Shown here in pieces: positions 8,101 through 18,159 of a stretch of 49,368 nucleotides of DNA. Location: NCBI GenBank assembly GCA_015272465.1, contig JACYLR010000167.1:1-49368 (forward strand), written 5' to 3'. The notes beneath the pieces were generated by a model. That model was not told the DNA's origin, searched no databases, and saw only the letters and a program-made list of their open reading frames with translations. Each line of letters begins with the position of its first letter. The first letter of the stretch is position 1. This stretch comes from Gloeomargaritaceae cyanobacterium C42_A2020_066 (GTDB taxonomy: Bacteria; Cyanobacteriota; Cyanobacteriia; Gloeomargaritales; Gloeomargaritaceae). The translations under genes and the position numbers were made by a program.

Positions 8101-9899
8101 CCCTGGATCCCCTGTGGATTTCCCTGCGGGCGGCCGGCCTGGCGACGGTGCTGGTGGGGGTCTTGGGCACCGGGGCAGCCTACGCGCTGGCGGGGCGGCG
8201 GGGACGGCTGCGAACCGTTTTGGACAGTGTGTTCTTGGCACCTTTGGTGTTGCCGCCCACGGTGGTGGGTTTTCTGCTGTTGCTGCTCCTGAGTCGGAAT
8301 GGTCTCCTGGGTGGGTGGCTCCAAGCGGCCGGCCTGCGGGTGGTGTTCACCTGGGGCGCGACCGTGATCGCCAGTGCGGTGGTGGCTTTTCCCTTGATGT
8401 ATCGCACGGCCTTGGGGGCTTTTGAACAGGTGGATGGTCAGTTGCTCCAGGTGGCGCGTAGCCTGGGCGCATCCCCTTGGGGGGTGTTGACCCGTGTGGC
8501 CCTACCCCTGGCTGGCCCTGGGTTGCTGGCGGGCCTCACCCTGGCCTTTGCCCGTGCCCTGGGGGAGTTTGGCGCGACCTTGATGCTGGCGGGGAATATA
8601 CCGGGGCAAACCCAGACCTTGCCAGTAGCGATCTACTTTGCGGTGGAGGCGGGGGATTGGGCGGCAGCCTGGGGTTGGAGTGGCCTGATCCTAGGGCTGT
8701 GTCTGGGGGCCGTGGCGCTCGGTCAGGTGCGCTGGGGCCGGCCGGCCGTGACCGGTCACCGCGGTGGCCTGTCCTCCAGTCCATCCCCGTCTCTAGTTCC
8801 ACCGGAACCTGCAATCGGATTGGCATTGGCAATTCACAAGCAACTCGGTGGTTTTCGCTTGGACGTAGCCCTGGCCACCCAGCAGCAAACCCTGGGGATT
8901 CTGGGGGCTTCGGGTGCTGGCAAAAGTTTGCTGCTGCGCTGCCTAGCTGGGTTGGAAACACCGGAACAGGGTTGGATTCGGGTACAGGGCCAGACCTGGC
9001 TGGATCGGCGCGCCCAAGTGAACCGTCCTCCGGCCCAACGACGCGTGGGATGGGTGGTGCAGCAGTATGCCCTATTCCCCCACTTGACGGTTTGGGACAA
9101 CATTGGTTTTGGCCTGCACGGCCGGCCGGCCGAGACCTGTCGCCAGCGCATCGCCGAGCACATTACACGCCTGGGGTTGGGGGGGCTGGAGCACCGTTAT
9201 CCCCACCAGTTATCGGGCGGGCAACAGCAGCGGGTGGCCCTGGCGCGGGCACTGGTTACTGAACCGGATCTTTTACTGTTGGATGAACCCTTTGCCGCCC
9301 TCGATAGTCACCTGCGCCATCGCCTGGAGATGCAGCTCCAGGATCTCTTGGCCACCTTCCCCGGTCAAGTTGTGCTGGTGTCCCACAATTTGGAGGAGTT
9401 GTACCGACTCTGTACCGACTTATTGGTACTGGTGGAAGGCCGCGGCGTCGCTTATGGCCCACGGGCTGAGATTTTCGGCCGGCCGCACCGGCTGGATGTG
9501 GCTCTGCTGACCGGCTGCAAAAATGTCAGTCGCGCCCAGTGGCAGGCCGACGGCTCGGTACTGGCCCTTGATTGGGCGTGTCTATTAAAGGGTTTAGACA
9601 TACCCAGTGATTTGTTAACCCACATCGGCATCCGTGCTCACCATCTGCGTTTCCCGGAGTCGGGCCAGGGGGTTAACACCTTTCCCTGCACCGTCGCTGC
9701 CCATCGGGAGAGTCCCCACCGGGTCAGCCTGTTCCTGACCCTATACGGACGGCCGGCCGGGCCACAGGGCTACCACCTTCAGGCAGAGGTGTGGCGGGAA
9801 ACCTGGCAGCTTTTGCGGGAACGGCCCACACCCTGGTGGGTGCAACTGGCTCCAGCGCAACTTCTTGGGCTAGTCGAGGCACCCAGTTCCCAACCCTAG
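8097..9899 (+). CDS. modBC: Fused molybdate ABC transporter permease-ATPase (ModB-ModC) with a C-terminal TOBE-like domain
   Basis: 600 aa. The N-terminal half is a multi-TM permease (EFGATLMLAGNIPGQTQTLPVAIY). The C-terminal half has Walker A GASGAGKS, signature LSGGQQQRVALARAL and Walker B LLLLDEP. The ATG overlaps the modA stop as ATGA. Confidence 0.85.
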   Translation: MTLDPLWISLRAAGLATVLVGVLGTGAAYALAGRRGRLRTVLDSVFLAPLVLPPTVVGFLLLLLLSRNGLLGGWLQAAGLRVVFTWGATVIASAVVAFPLMYRTALGAFEQVDGQLLQVARSLGASPWGVLTRVALPLAGPGLLAGLTLAFARALGEFGATLMLAGNIPGQTQTLPVAIYFAVEAGDWAAAWGWSGLILGLCLGAVALGQVRWGRPAVTGHRGGLSSSPSPSLVPPEPAIGLALAIHKQLGGFRLDVALATQQQTLGILGASGAGKSLLLRCLAGLETPEQGWIRVQGQTWLDRRAQVNRPPAQRRVGWVVQQYALFPHLTVWDNIGFGLHGRPAETCRQRIAEHITRLGLGGLEHRYPHQLSGGQQQRVALARALVTEPDLLLLDEPFAALDSHLRHRLEMQLQDLLATFPGQVVLVSHNLEELYRLCTDLLVLVEGRGVAYGPRAEIFGRPHRLDVALLTGCKNVSRAQWQADGSVLALDWACLLKGLDIPSDLLTHIGIRAHHLRFPESGQGVNTFPCTVAAHRESPHRVSLFLTLYGRPAGPQGYHLQAEVWRETWQLLRERPTPWWVQLAPAQLLGLVEAPSSQP

Positions 9900-9938
9900 G
9901 TAGTCCAAGACCCTCTATGGCCCTTATCCAATAGGCGT

Positions 9939-12900
9939 TCAGTGGGCGGTTTCGGCAAAACTCAGCCGCCCCTGGGCCAGCAACACATCCACCGCCGCTA
10001 CCCCCATGGGTCGGGAAAACAGATACCCCTGTCCGTAATGGCAGCCGATTTGTTTGAGGTAATCCAACTGTTCCTGGGTCTCGATGCCCTCAGCAATCAC
10101 ATCCAGTTCCAGTTGACTGCTGAGGGCCATGATCATCTCCACAATCCGGTGATGCGGCCGGCCGGCCTGAATCTGACTGACAAAGGAGCGGTCAACCTTG
10201 AGGTAGTCCACAGGCAGACGGTGCAGATAGTTGAGGGAAGAGTAGCCCGTACCAAAGTCATCAATACTGATCTGAAGCCCTTGAGTCTTAATTTGGGTCA
10301 GTAGGTCAATCGTCAACTCCACATCCTCAATCAGCATACTTTCCGTGATCTCTAGTGTCAGACAGTCGCGAGGTATCTTCCATTGACTGAGGGCCTGATT
10401 CAGCACGGTAAGTAAGTCATCTCGCCGGAGATCCTGGGCCGACAAGTTGACAGTTATCTTCAAGCCCTTCAAGCTGGGTGATGCAGATTGCCAGGTCATC
10501 AGTTGTTGACATGCAGCTCCCAAGGCCCAGTAATCGAGGTTCGTAATCAAACCAGTCTCTTCTGCGGCAGTAATAAAGTCTCCAGGAAACCGTAAGCCTA
10601 GATGGGGATGCTGCCAGCGAATCAGTGATTCAAACCCAACGAGTTCTCCAGTCTCAAGATGGACAATGGGTTGGTAGTGGAGGATGAACTCCTCGCGTTC
10701 AATCGCCCCTCGCAGATCATTCTCCAAGTGGAGCCGCGCTAGAGCTTGAGCATGCATCCCAGCGTCAAAGATCTCATAGCGGGATTTCCCCTTACTCTTG
10801 GCCCGATACATGGCAGTGTCGGCATCCCTCAGAAGATGGTCGGTCTTTTGATAGGCGCTTGTGCCAATGACAATGCCCACACTGGCAGTGGTGTAAACCT
10901 CACGGGCTTCGATCAGAAAAGGGTTTTGGAGAGCGGTAAAAATCCGTTCAGTAGCACAAATGACCTCCTGGATATCAGCAACTTCCTCCAGGAGGATCAC
11001 AAATTCATCTCCTCCCAGCCGAGCGACCAGATCTAAACTACGCAACCTTTGCTGGAGACGATGGGCGACAGCGATGAGCAACTCATCTCCAGCGGCATGA
11101 CCCAGGCTATCATTAATAACCTTGAATCGATCGAGGTCAAGAAATAGGACTGCAAATCGATAGTTCTCCAGTCGCTTGGCTCGATTGATGGCCAATTCCA
11201 AGCGCTCCATGAGCAGATGTCGATTGGGTAAGCCAGTTAGGCTATCGTGTAGCGCATCATGGCGTAACTGATGCTGGACGTGAATTCGTTCTGTAACATC
11301 TCGCGAGGTGGTTTGGAGTTTCACCAACTGACCCGTTTCATCGGTAATGGGCTTGGTGAGTGTCTCGAACCAAATATAGGCACCTGACTTTTGCCGAATT
11401 TGATAGGTAATGGGTAGGGACTTACCCTCCACGACTGCGGCATGGGCTTCCTGGCGAATTCGCTCTCGGTCATCAGGATGGAAGAATTCGTAGGGGTCTC
11501 GACCCAGCATTTCGTCATAGGTGTAGCCTAAGAGTTGTTCACAGGATGGGCTGACATAGAGGTATCGGCCATCTAGGTCGTGCAAACAAACTAAGTCATT
11601 CATATTTTCGGCAAGTAGCCGATAGCGGCTCTCACTTTCGTGCAAGGCTGACTTGGCTCGGTTCCGATCACTGAGATCAATATCGACACAATAAAGTTCT
11701 GGATCTCCCTCCGTATTGACCAACATAATATGACTGGAATAGACTTCAACAGCAGAACCATCCTTCCGCATGAGACTAAGTTCACTGGCAGGAGTTGGCT
11801 CTCCTCCGTCCAACCAGCGCTCTATGTCTTCAATTACCTGTTGACGCATGTGGGGGGGAATGATCAAATCCTCGAGTTTTTGGCCAATGGCTTCATCTTG
11901 GCAATAGCCATAGAGCTTCTCGCTCGCCCGATTCCAGTAAATGGCCTGGCGATTTTTGTCATAGCCCTGGACGGCAATCTCAGGAGTGTTTTCAAATAAA
12001 TTGCGAAACCGTTGCTCACTCTGTTTGAGGGCTTGTTCAATGCGAAGGCGCTCCTCAAGCTCCAATTTTGCCTGATGATAGAGATTCGCCTGGTGAATGG
12101 CAACTTCGAGTTGACTGGCAACGGCTTGGGCAAGCTGAACCTGCTCCTCTCGCCACGCAAAGGGGCGCTGGGAAACGCGCAGCGTAAAAGCCCCCCACAA
12201 CGCCCCTTCGATAACCAGAGGGATCAGCAACCAGGCCCCTGGAGTCGTTTGGGCGAATTCCCGGTTAATCTCATCTTGAATTGTAGAGGTGTCCTCAATG
12301 GAGACAGGCCGCAGTTGTTTGAGTTCCTCTGCAAAGGGATTGCCTGCATCTGGAATCTCTAGTCCTAGGGTTATTGTCGCATTGGCACTGCAATGAAACT
12401 CGGCGATGTGTCGCCAAATACCCAGGGTTGAGAAGTACTCAACTACGTAGCAATCTGTTGATCCAAATAACTGAGCTGTCTCACGGGTTGCTGTGGTGAA
12501 AATGGTATCAAGGTCGAGGGAGTTGCGAATGGCCTGGGAAACCTGGTTCAGGGCCTTCTCACGCAGGATACTCTCTTGTAGAGTTGTAATGTCACGGCCG
12601 ACCGACTGAAGTTCAACCAATTGCCCCTGCTCGTCAAAAATACCGCGATTGATCCACTGAGTCCAGCCAATGGCATGATGAGCTCGATAGTCTCGATTCA
12701 GGTTCTCGAAACAGGGCGCAGCCGGGGTGAGTGCAGCGATTTTACGATGGATGGCTTCTACCTCATTGGGTAAAACAAAGTCGCTCCAACGAGAGCCAAT
12801 GACCTCGGCGAGCGGCCGGCCGAGGGCCATGCAAAGGGCTTCATTGGCAAAGGTAATGGTGGTATCGGGTAAGGAGCGGAGGATGAGATCCGTCTGAGCC

Positions 12901-13490
12901 TGGAGGATTTGCCGGTAGCGATGCTCACTAGCAAGCAACGTATTTCTGATAATCTCCTGCTCCATCTCGCGCTGGCGGCGCGCAGTCTCCAGGGTTTTCC
13001 GCTCACTAATATCTTGAAACGTGGCGATGATGTGGGTGACTTGCCCCTGGTCATCACAGACAGGACTTGCCGAGACCTCCAGGGGAATGACCCGTTCCGG
13101 GTGATCAATCTCTAGGTCATCCGCCCAAGCAGAAATGCCTGCCAGAGCGCGAGTACTCGGCAGGTTCTCGATGGGATACAACTCTCGCGTGCCCGCCCGA
13201 TAGACCCTAAATACGGTGGAGAGTGCATCTGTCGATACGTGCCCCACGGTAGTCACTCCGAGTAGAGCTGCCCCACTCTGGTTGATGTAGATCAAATTGC
13301 CCGCAGCATCGTGGACCCCAATGCCAATCGGCGTGGCATTGAGAAACTGCCCTAACCGCCCACTGCTGGCCGAACAGGATTCATCAGCGAGCAGTTGTTC
13401 CACAAACTGCCTGACGGTCTCCGGCGTTCTCTGCCAGTCCTCAGGAGGAAGATGCTCGACAATAGAGCCGTGCCAGTTGGACATAGCCAC
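9939..13490 (-). CDS. PAS/GAF multi-sensor diguanylate cyclase/phosphodiesterase (GGDEF-EAL)
   Basis: 1183-aa ORF. The GGDEF region reads RLGGDEFVILL. The EAL region has EALIRWQHP-type FESLIRWQHPHLG, EITES, DDFGTGYSSL, and QGYLFSRP at the C-terminus. The gene is visibly AT-richer than its neighbours. Confidence 0.9.
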   Translation of the reverse strand: MAMSNWHGSIVEHLPPEDWQRTPETVRQFVEQLLADESCSASSGRLGQFLNATPIGIGVHDAAGNLIYINQSGAALLGVTTVGHVSTDALSTVFRVYRAGTRELYPIENLPSTRALAGISAWADDLEIDHPERVIPLEVSASPVCDDQGQVTHIIATFQDISERKTLETARRQREMEQEIIRNTLLASEHRYRQILQAQTDLILRSLPDTTITFANEALCMALGRPLAEVIGSRWSDFVLPNEVEAIHRKIAALTPAAPCFENLNRDYRAHHAIGWTQWINRGIFDEQGQLVELQSVGRDITTLQESILREKALNQVSQAIRNSLDLDTIFTTATRETAQLFGSTDCYVVEYFSTLGIWRHIAEFHCSANATITLGLEIPDAGNPFAEELKQLRPVSIEDTSTIQDEINREFAQTTPGAWLLIPLVIEGALWGAFTLRVSQRPFAWREEQVQLAQAVASQLEVAIHQANLYHQAKLELEERLRIEQALKQSEQRFRNLFENTPEIAVQGYDKNRQAIYWNRASEKLYGYCQDEAIGQKLEDLIIPPHMRQQVIEDIERWLDGGEPTPASELSLMRKDGSAVEVYSSHIMLVNTEGDPELYCVDIDLSDRNRAKSALHESESRYRLLAENMNDLVCLHDLDGRYLYVSPSCEQLLGYTYDEMLGRDPYEFFHPDDRERIRQEAHAAVVEGKSLPITYQIRQKSGAYIWFETLTKPITDETGQLVKLQTTSRDVTERIHVQHQLRHDALHDSLTGLPNRHLLMERLELAINRAKRLENYRFAVLFLDLDRFKVINDSLGHAAGDELLIAVAHRLQQRLRSLDLVARLGGDEFVILLEEVADIQEVICATERIFTALQNPFLIEAREVYTTASVGIVIGTSAYQKTDHLLRDADTAMYRAKSKGKSRYEIFDAGMHAQALARLHLENDLRGAIEREEFILHYQPIVHLETGELVGFESLIRWQHPHLGLRFPGDFITAAEETGLITNLDYWALGAACQQLMTWQSASPSLKGLKITVNLSAQDLRRDDLLTVLNQALSQWKIPRDCLTLEITESMLIEDVELTIDLLTQIKTQGLQISIDDFGTGYSSLNYLHRLPVDYLKVDRSFVSQIQAGRPHHRIVEMIMALSSQLELDVIAEGIETQEQLDYLKQIGCHYGQGYLFSRPMGVAAVDVLLAQGRLSFAETAH

Positions 13491-13553
13491 AGGAGCGAGA
13501 ACCGGTGAGAGCGTCTAGCCGATGGATGGCTCTAGCTGCTTTCAATCTAAGGT

Positions 13554-15608
13554 TCAACCGATGGCCATGACCACCAGTCCTCCCAGGATGGCCCCCAATG
13601 CCAAAAGCCAATTCCAAAAACGGGGATAACTGGCGACTCGCCGCCCTGGTGTGCGTAGCCCCTCCAGTTCCAGCCAAGCCATCACACTCCGTCGAAACCA
13701 GCCTGTGGATTGGACAGACTGGCCGATCAGTCCCTCAACTTGACTCGCCCCAAAGAGAAAGTTGCCCAGTGGCCCAAATCGAGAGGCGTAGCGCAGAAAC
13801 AACAGACCGGTCTGATCCTGGAGCTTGAGGTCAGAACCAAAGACATAGCCACTATCTCCTCGGCCAATCAAGGTGCCTGTCAGTTGCACCGGCCGGCCGC
13901 GCAGGGGGCTGGCGTAGGGATCGGTCATCAAGTTGAGGACATCCTCCTCGGCCGGCCGGCCGAGCTGGGGATACATCACCAGGGTTTTGAGCAGGAGGCC
14001 CAGCCCCCAACCGATCAGGGCCACCCCGAGGATGCTCCAGTAACGGGCTTGTCCCCCAAAGAGCAGCCAGCCGATCCCGGCCCCTAGGGCCAGTCCCAAC
14101 CACGCAGCCAGGTAGATCACGATATCCAGGGCGAACCCCTGGTACAGCCGCTGCCGGTCGAGGCGCTGGCCGACGGCCACAATCCGCCCCATGTCGAAGG
14201 CTGCTTCCAGTCCTAATTGCTCCGCATAGGTACTCAGGGCGCGAATCCGCTTGCCCGTGAGGGGATGGGTTGAGTTGAGTTCCATCCAGCCGGCCCAGGG
14301 GTTGAACAAATCCCAGAGAAACACGCGGCCCACCTGCTGCGCGTCCTGGCCGATCCGGTACACCGTTCCTGAGGTCGCCGCCGCCTTGGGATCATAAATC
14401 CCCAGGGCACGGGTTCCTTCCAGCAGACGACTGGGTTCTTTCTGGTGCTGGCTCTCCTCAACAATGCCGTAGGCAATCTTGACCAGTGCTTGGGCGAGGC
14501 CGTTGGGATTGCCCGTCACCCCTGCGGCGAAGTGGTCGGCAAAGTACTCCCGTACCCGCGACAGGTAGAGGATGAGGTAGGTGCCAATCACATAAAACAC
14601 GTAGGCAGCCACCGCCGCATTCTGGATGGCGGCCTTGCCCTTGCCGTCCCCGCGGAGCATGGTACGGGCATAGACATAAATCAGGTAGAGGGCCTGCACC
14701 AGGGTTTGGGCCAGGGTCATCAGGGCAAAGTCCCAATGGACAATGTGACCCAATTCGTGGGCATAGACTGCCGCAGCCTCGTCATCCTCCAGATATTTGA
14801 ACAGACCCTGACTCACTACGATGCGGGCCTGGTTCGGGAGGGAGCCGTAGGTAAACGCAGTCGGATTGTCGTCGGCAATGATTCCCAGACGAGGCGTTTG
14901 CAGGCGGTGCTGCTGGCAGACCCACTGGATCACCCGGCCGGCCTCAGGACTGCGCTTGGAAATATCGGCAAGGGGAACCCAGCGGGTGTGGTAGAGCAGG
15001 CTCTGCATCCAATCCATGCCCCAAGGGGCCAGGAAAAACACCAAACCATTCACCAGGAGGGTGATGCCCAAACTGAGGCCGAGGCCCAGCAGGGGATTGG
15101 ACTGATCCACAATCAACAGCACTGCCAGGACGAGGCTAAAGACCATGCCTGCCAGCAGGGTCAGGGTGATCCCAGACGCTCTGGCCAGGTTGCCCGCGTG
15201 AGCCGCCAGCTTCAGGTCTACACCCATGCGGCGGCTACGCTCAGGGCGGGATTTGGCCGATGACGGGGATACCCCAGCGCCGGCCGGCCGGCGGGATTGC
15301 TGGTGCAGAGGGAGGCTGGCATCCAGGGACACAATCTGCGACCAACTGAGCAGATCAGCGCCCGCAGCTTGACCAAAGACCCGCGCCTGCTCCACCCCTG
15401 GTAAGGTCTGGTTCGCCAGTATGCCCAACACCAACGGCATCACAGCGGATTGCTCTGGAGCCTTTGGCCCGGTCAGGGTAATGTCGATTTGCAGGGTGCG
15501 GCGCCGCGCCGTGGCCGTGATGCCGAGGGCGGCTAGGGCGTCGTTCAAGTCGCTGACCAGGGAGGCTAACTGTTCGGGGTCGGGGCCTGGTGGAGGATTT
15601 GCAGCCAT
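13554..15608 (-). CDS. Membrane zinc metalloprotease, M48 (HtpX/Ste24-like) family with long N- and C-terminal extensions
   Basis: It carries the HEXXH motif HELGHIVHWD, several hydrophobic segments and a downstream EYFADHFAA motif. I prefer the ATG at 15608, because the track start at 15725 would overlap the upstream gene by 56 nt. Confidence 0.8.
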   Translation of the reverse strand: MAANPPPGPDPEQLASLVSDLNDALAALGITATARRRTLQIDITLTGPKAPEQSAVMPLVLGILANQTLPGVEQARVFGQAAGADLLSWSQIVSLDASLPLHQQSRRPAGAGVSPSSAKSRPERSRRMGVDLKLAAHAGNLARASGITLTLLAGMVFSLVLAVLLIVDQSNPLLGLGLSLGITLLVNGLVFFLAPWGMDWMQSLLYHTRWVPLADISKRSPEAGRVIQWVCQQHRLQTPRLGIIADDNPTAFTYGSLPNQARIVVSQGLFKYLEDDEAAAVYAHELGHIVHWDFALMTLAQTLVQALYLIYVYARTMLRGDGKGKAAIQNAAVAAYVFYVIGTYLILYLSRVREYFADHFAAGVTGNPNGLAQALVKIAYGIVEESQHQKEPSRLLEGTRALGIYDPKAAATSGTVYRIGQDAQQVGRVFLWDLFNPWAGWMELNSTHPLTGKRIRALSTYAEQLGLEAAFDMGRIVAVGQRLDRQRLYQGFALDIVIYLAAWLGLALGAGIGWLLFGGQARYWSILGVALIGWGLGLLLKTLVMYPQLGRPAEEDVLNLMTDPYASPLRGRPVQLTGTLIGRGDSGYVFGSDLKLQDQTGLLFLRYASRFGPLGNFLFGASQVEGLIGQSVQSTGWFRRSVMAWLELEGLRTPGRRVASYPRFWNWLLALGAILGGLVVMAIG

Positions 15609-15669
15609 GATCCTGCCCTGTACAAACGGCTCTCCCTCCCAGTCTGCCACCTGATCTGAACGCGCTGCC

Positions 15670-16773
15670 CTAGCGCCCCAAGGCCAAGACGCCAATCTGG
15701 CCCCCAAAGCCAAACCCCAGGACAAGGGCTGTCTCCACCTCGGCCGGCCGGCCGCAGGCCGCGTAGTTCAGGGGCACCTCCGGGTCACGCAGACCCACAC
15801 AGGGCACCAGGGTTTGGTGGTGCAGGGCCATCAGGGTCGTTGCCGTAGCTAATCCAGTCGCAGCCCCCAGGCTGTGGCCCGTGGCGCCCTTGGTAGACAA
15901 AATCCAGGGGTCTTGGGGAAACAGGGTGGCGATCAGCCGGGCCTCACGACCATCATTGCGGCGGGTTCCCGTGGCATGGGCGTGGATTAGATCGCAGTCT
16001 GTCGCAGTCAAGTGGGCGTGGTGTAGACAGGTGTGGATGGCGGTCATCGCCGGTTGGGGATTCTCGCCGGGTGTGGTCATCGTCTGGGCATCATTCCCCA
16101 GGCCAAACCCCAACACCTGACCATAGACCCGACCGGCCGGCCGTGAATTAGCCCGCTCCAGCAAGAGAACCACGGCCGCTTCCCCCAGCGCTAGGCCCTG
16201 CCGCGCCCGATCGAAGGGATAGACCCCAGTGGCAGCCAGGGCACCCATCTGGCCAAACCCCGCCAGGTTCATGGGCGTGATGGGCGTCTCCACCAGGGCC
16301 ACCACCACCCGCTCGCACAAGCCCAAGTGCAACCATTCCCAGGCCAGGGCCACACTCCAGATCCCGGTCGTACAGGCCGTGGTCACCGCGGTGACGGGGC
16401 CAGTGATTCCCAGTGCATGGGCAATCCGGCCGGCCGGCCAGTTGGGGAAACCCTGGAGCCAGGCATCGGGCGCGACGGAACCATGGGCCAGCCACGCTTC
16501 CCATTGCGCCTGTTGCCCCCGGCTCGACCCCAGCACCAGTCCACAGTTTTCCAGCGGCGAACACCACCCCCCGTCTGTCAAAGCCAGATGCAGCGCCTCC
16601 TGGAGCAGGACAGCCCACTCGGCCGGCCGGTCACCGACCAACCCCAGAGGGTAGGCCGGTATCTGAGCAAAGGGTTGAGCTACCCGCAGGCCCGGCCGGC
16701 CGGCCAGTAGAGCAGACCACCACTCTGGGCCAAGGCAACTGACGACGCCCAGGCCGGTTACCCAGACGTCCAT
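15670..16773 (-). CDS. Beta-ketoacyl-ACP synthase-like condensing enzyme (short KAS I/II paralogue)
   Basis: 367 aa with a thiolase-fold Cys-His-His triad context: VTTACTTGIWSV, IHAHATGTRRND, KGATGHSLGAATG. The C-terminus reads LGFGFGGQ. Confidence 0.75.
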   Translation of the reverse strand: MDVWVTGLGVVSCLGPEWWSALLAGRPGLRVAQPFAQIPAYPLGLVGDRPAEWAVLLQEALHLALTDGGWCSPLENCGLVLGSSRGQQAQWEAWLAHGSVAPDAWLQGFPNWPAGRIAHALGITGPVTAVTTACTTGIWSVALAWEWLHLGLCERVVVALVETPITPMNLAGFGQMGALAATGVYPFDRARQGLALGEAAVVLLLERANSRPAGRVYGQVLGFGLGNDAQTMTTPGENPQPAMTAIHTCLHHAHLTATDCDLIHAHATGTRRNDGREARLIATLFPQDPWILSTKGATGHSLGAATGLATATTLMALHHQTLVPCVGLRDPEVPLNYAACGRPAEVETALVLGFGFGGQIGVLALGR

Positions 16774-16783
16774 GGTTCTGAGC

Positions 16784-17494
16784 TTAGGGAGTCTTTTTCA
16801 CCGTAGTCAGGTACTCAGCCCCTGAGATGACTTTGGCGGAGGTAATCTTATCCCCTTGCTTAATGCCATCCACCACGTCCATACCAGCCGTCACCTTGCC
16901 AAACACCGCGTAGTTCCCGTCCAGAAAACTCTGCTCTGCCAGGGTGATATAAAACTGCGAGGAGGCTGAGTTGGGGTTCTGGGAGCGGGCCATCGCCAAA
17001 GCCCCGCGCTCGTGAAGCAAAGCCGGCGGTTTCTGAATGCGAGCTTCGGGGAAGGTTTGGCCGTAGTAGGCTTGAGCGTCGCCTTGCGGGGTAATTTCCA
17101 GGGGAATGACCCGTTCTTGCTTGGTTTGCGGATCGATGAAGCCCCCTGTGCCATTACCCTTGGGGTCGCCGCCCTGCACCACAAAGGGTTGGGGCTGCTT
17201 GACCACTCGATGGAAGGAGAGGTTGTTGTAGAAACCCCGCTGCACGAGATCCACAAAATTCCCCGCCGTCAGAGGGGCTTCCTTGCCCATGATCTCCAGG
17301 GTGATCGGCCGGCCGTTGACCACCAATTCCACCACCGCTGTGCCCGTCAGGCAGGGGGCATTCGGGAAATACTCCACCACTTCTGGGGGAACATTGCAGG
17401 CCGATTGGGACATGGGGGCAGCTCCAGTGACACGACAACCCGTCAACAGGGCCCCGGCTAGCACCAGGGCTAACAAACCATAGCGTAGAGTCAT
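16784..17494 (-). CDS. Cyclophilin-type peptidyl-prolyl cis-trans isomerase, lipoprotein/lumenal signal
   Basis: Cyclophilin motifs are present (FHRVVKQPQPFVVQGGDP.GNGTGG, SQFYITL, LDGNYAVFGKV). The N-terminal LLTGC looks like a lipobox. The ATG overlaps the ycf4 stop as ATGA. Confidence 0.9.
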   Translation of the reverse strand: MTLRYGLLALVLAGALLTGCRVTGAAPMSQSACNVPPEVVEYFPNAPCLTGTAVVELVVNGRPITLEIMGKEAPLTAGNFVDLVQRGFYNNLSFHRVVKQPQPFVVQGGDPKGNGTGGFIDPQTKQERVIPLEITPQGDAQAYYGQTFPEARIQKPPALLHERGALAMARSQNPNSASSQFYITLAEQSFLDGNYAVFGKVTAGMDVVDGIKQGDKITSAKVISGAEYLTTVKKTP

Positions 17495-18054
17495 AGCCCT
17501 TCCACCGGGACGTTCAAAAAGCGGGCAAGGCCGGCCGCCTGGTCTTCAAGCGCCGCCAGGCTAATGGGTTGGCCGACACGGGTGAGGGGGATTTCCTTCT
17601 TGCCCTTCAGCCGCAGGTAGAGGACACGCCGGGGATTGAAGCCATCCTTAATATCAACCCGCACCGACTGCACCTCGTCTAGGTTGTAGAGCAGTTCCAC
17701 CTGCCGGTTCTTCCCAGGAAACCCCCGGCGGAGGATGCGGATCTTGCCCGCCGCCCGATCAAACTCATTCACACCGCCCCCCACATCCCAGACCACCATC
17801 AACCAGAGGTAGGTGCTGAGCAGTAGGCCCGCCACCCCATAGAACCCCATGACAATCCCCTGGGGAATGAAGGCCAGGCTGGTGGGGTCGCTGAAAGGCA
17901 GCAAGTTGATATGGGTGTAGCTGGAAATTCCAGCAAGTAGGAAGCCGAGGCCGCCGCCCGCCGTCACGGTCGCCCACCAGAGATTACTGAGTCGCCGGGA
18001 ACCCAGGACGGAATCCCGCTTAACTAGGGAGTTCTCTGCTTCAGTGACAGACAT
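17491..18054 (-). CDS. ycf4: Photosystem I assembly protein Ycf4
   Basis: 187 aa. It has two N-terminal TM helices and conserved Ycf4 strings: GSRRLSNLWWA, FIPQGIVMGFYG, RRGFPGKNR, YLRLKGKKEIPLTRVG. Confidence 0.9.
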   Translation of the reverse strand: MSVTEAENSLVKRDSVLGSRRLSNLWWATVTAGGGLGFLLAGISSYTHINLLPFSDPTSLAFIPQGIVMGFYGVAGLLLSTYLWLMVVWDVGGGVNEFDRAAGKIRILRRGFPGKNRQVELLYNLDEVQSVRVDIKDGFNPRRVLYLRLKGKKEIPLTRVGQPISLAALEDQAAGLARFLNVPVEGL

Positions 18055-18159
18055 AGGCTGTGCGCGCCGCGTTGATCGCCATGTAACAGTGTACTCGTTC
18101 CCGGGATGGGGGCCTGAATCCTAGACCTAGCCCTAGACTGAGGACTATGGAGGTAGACG

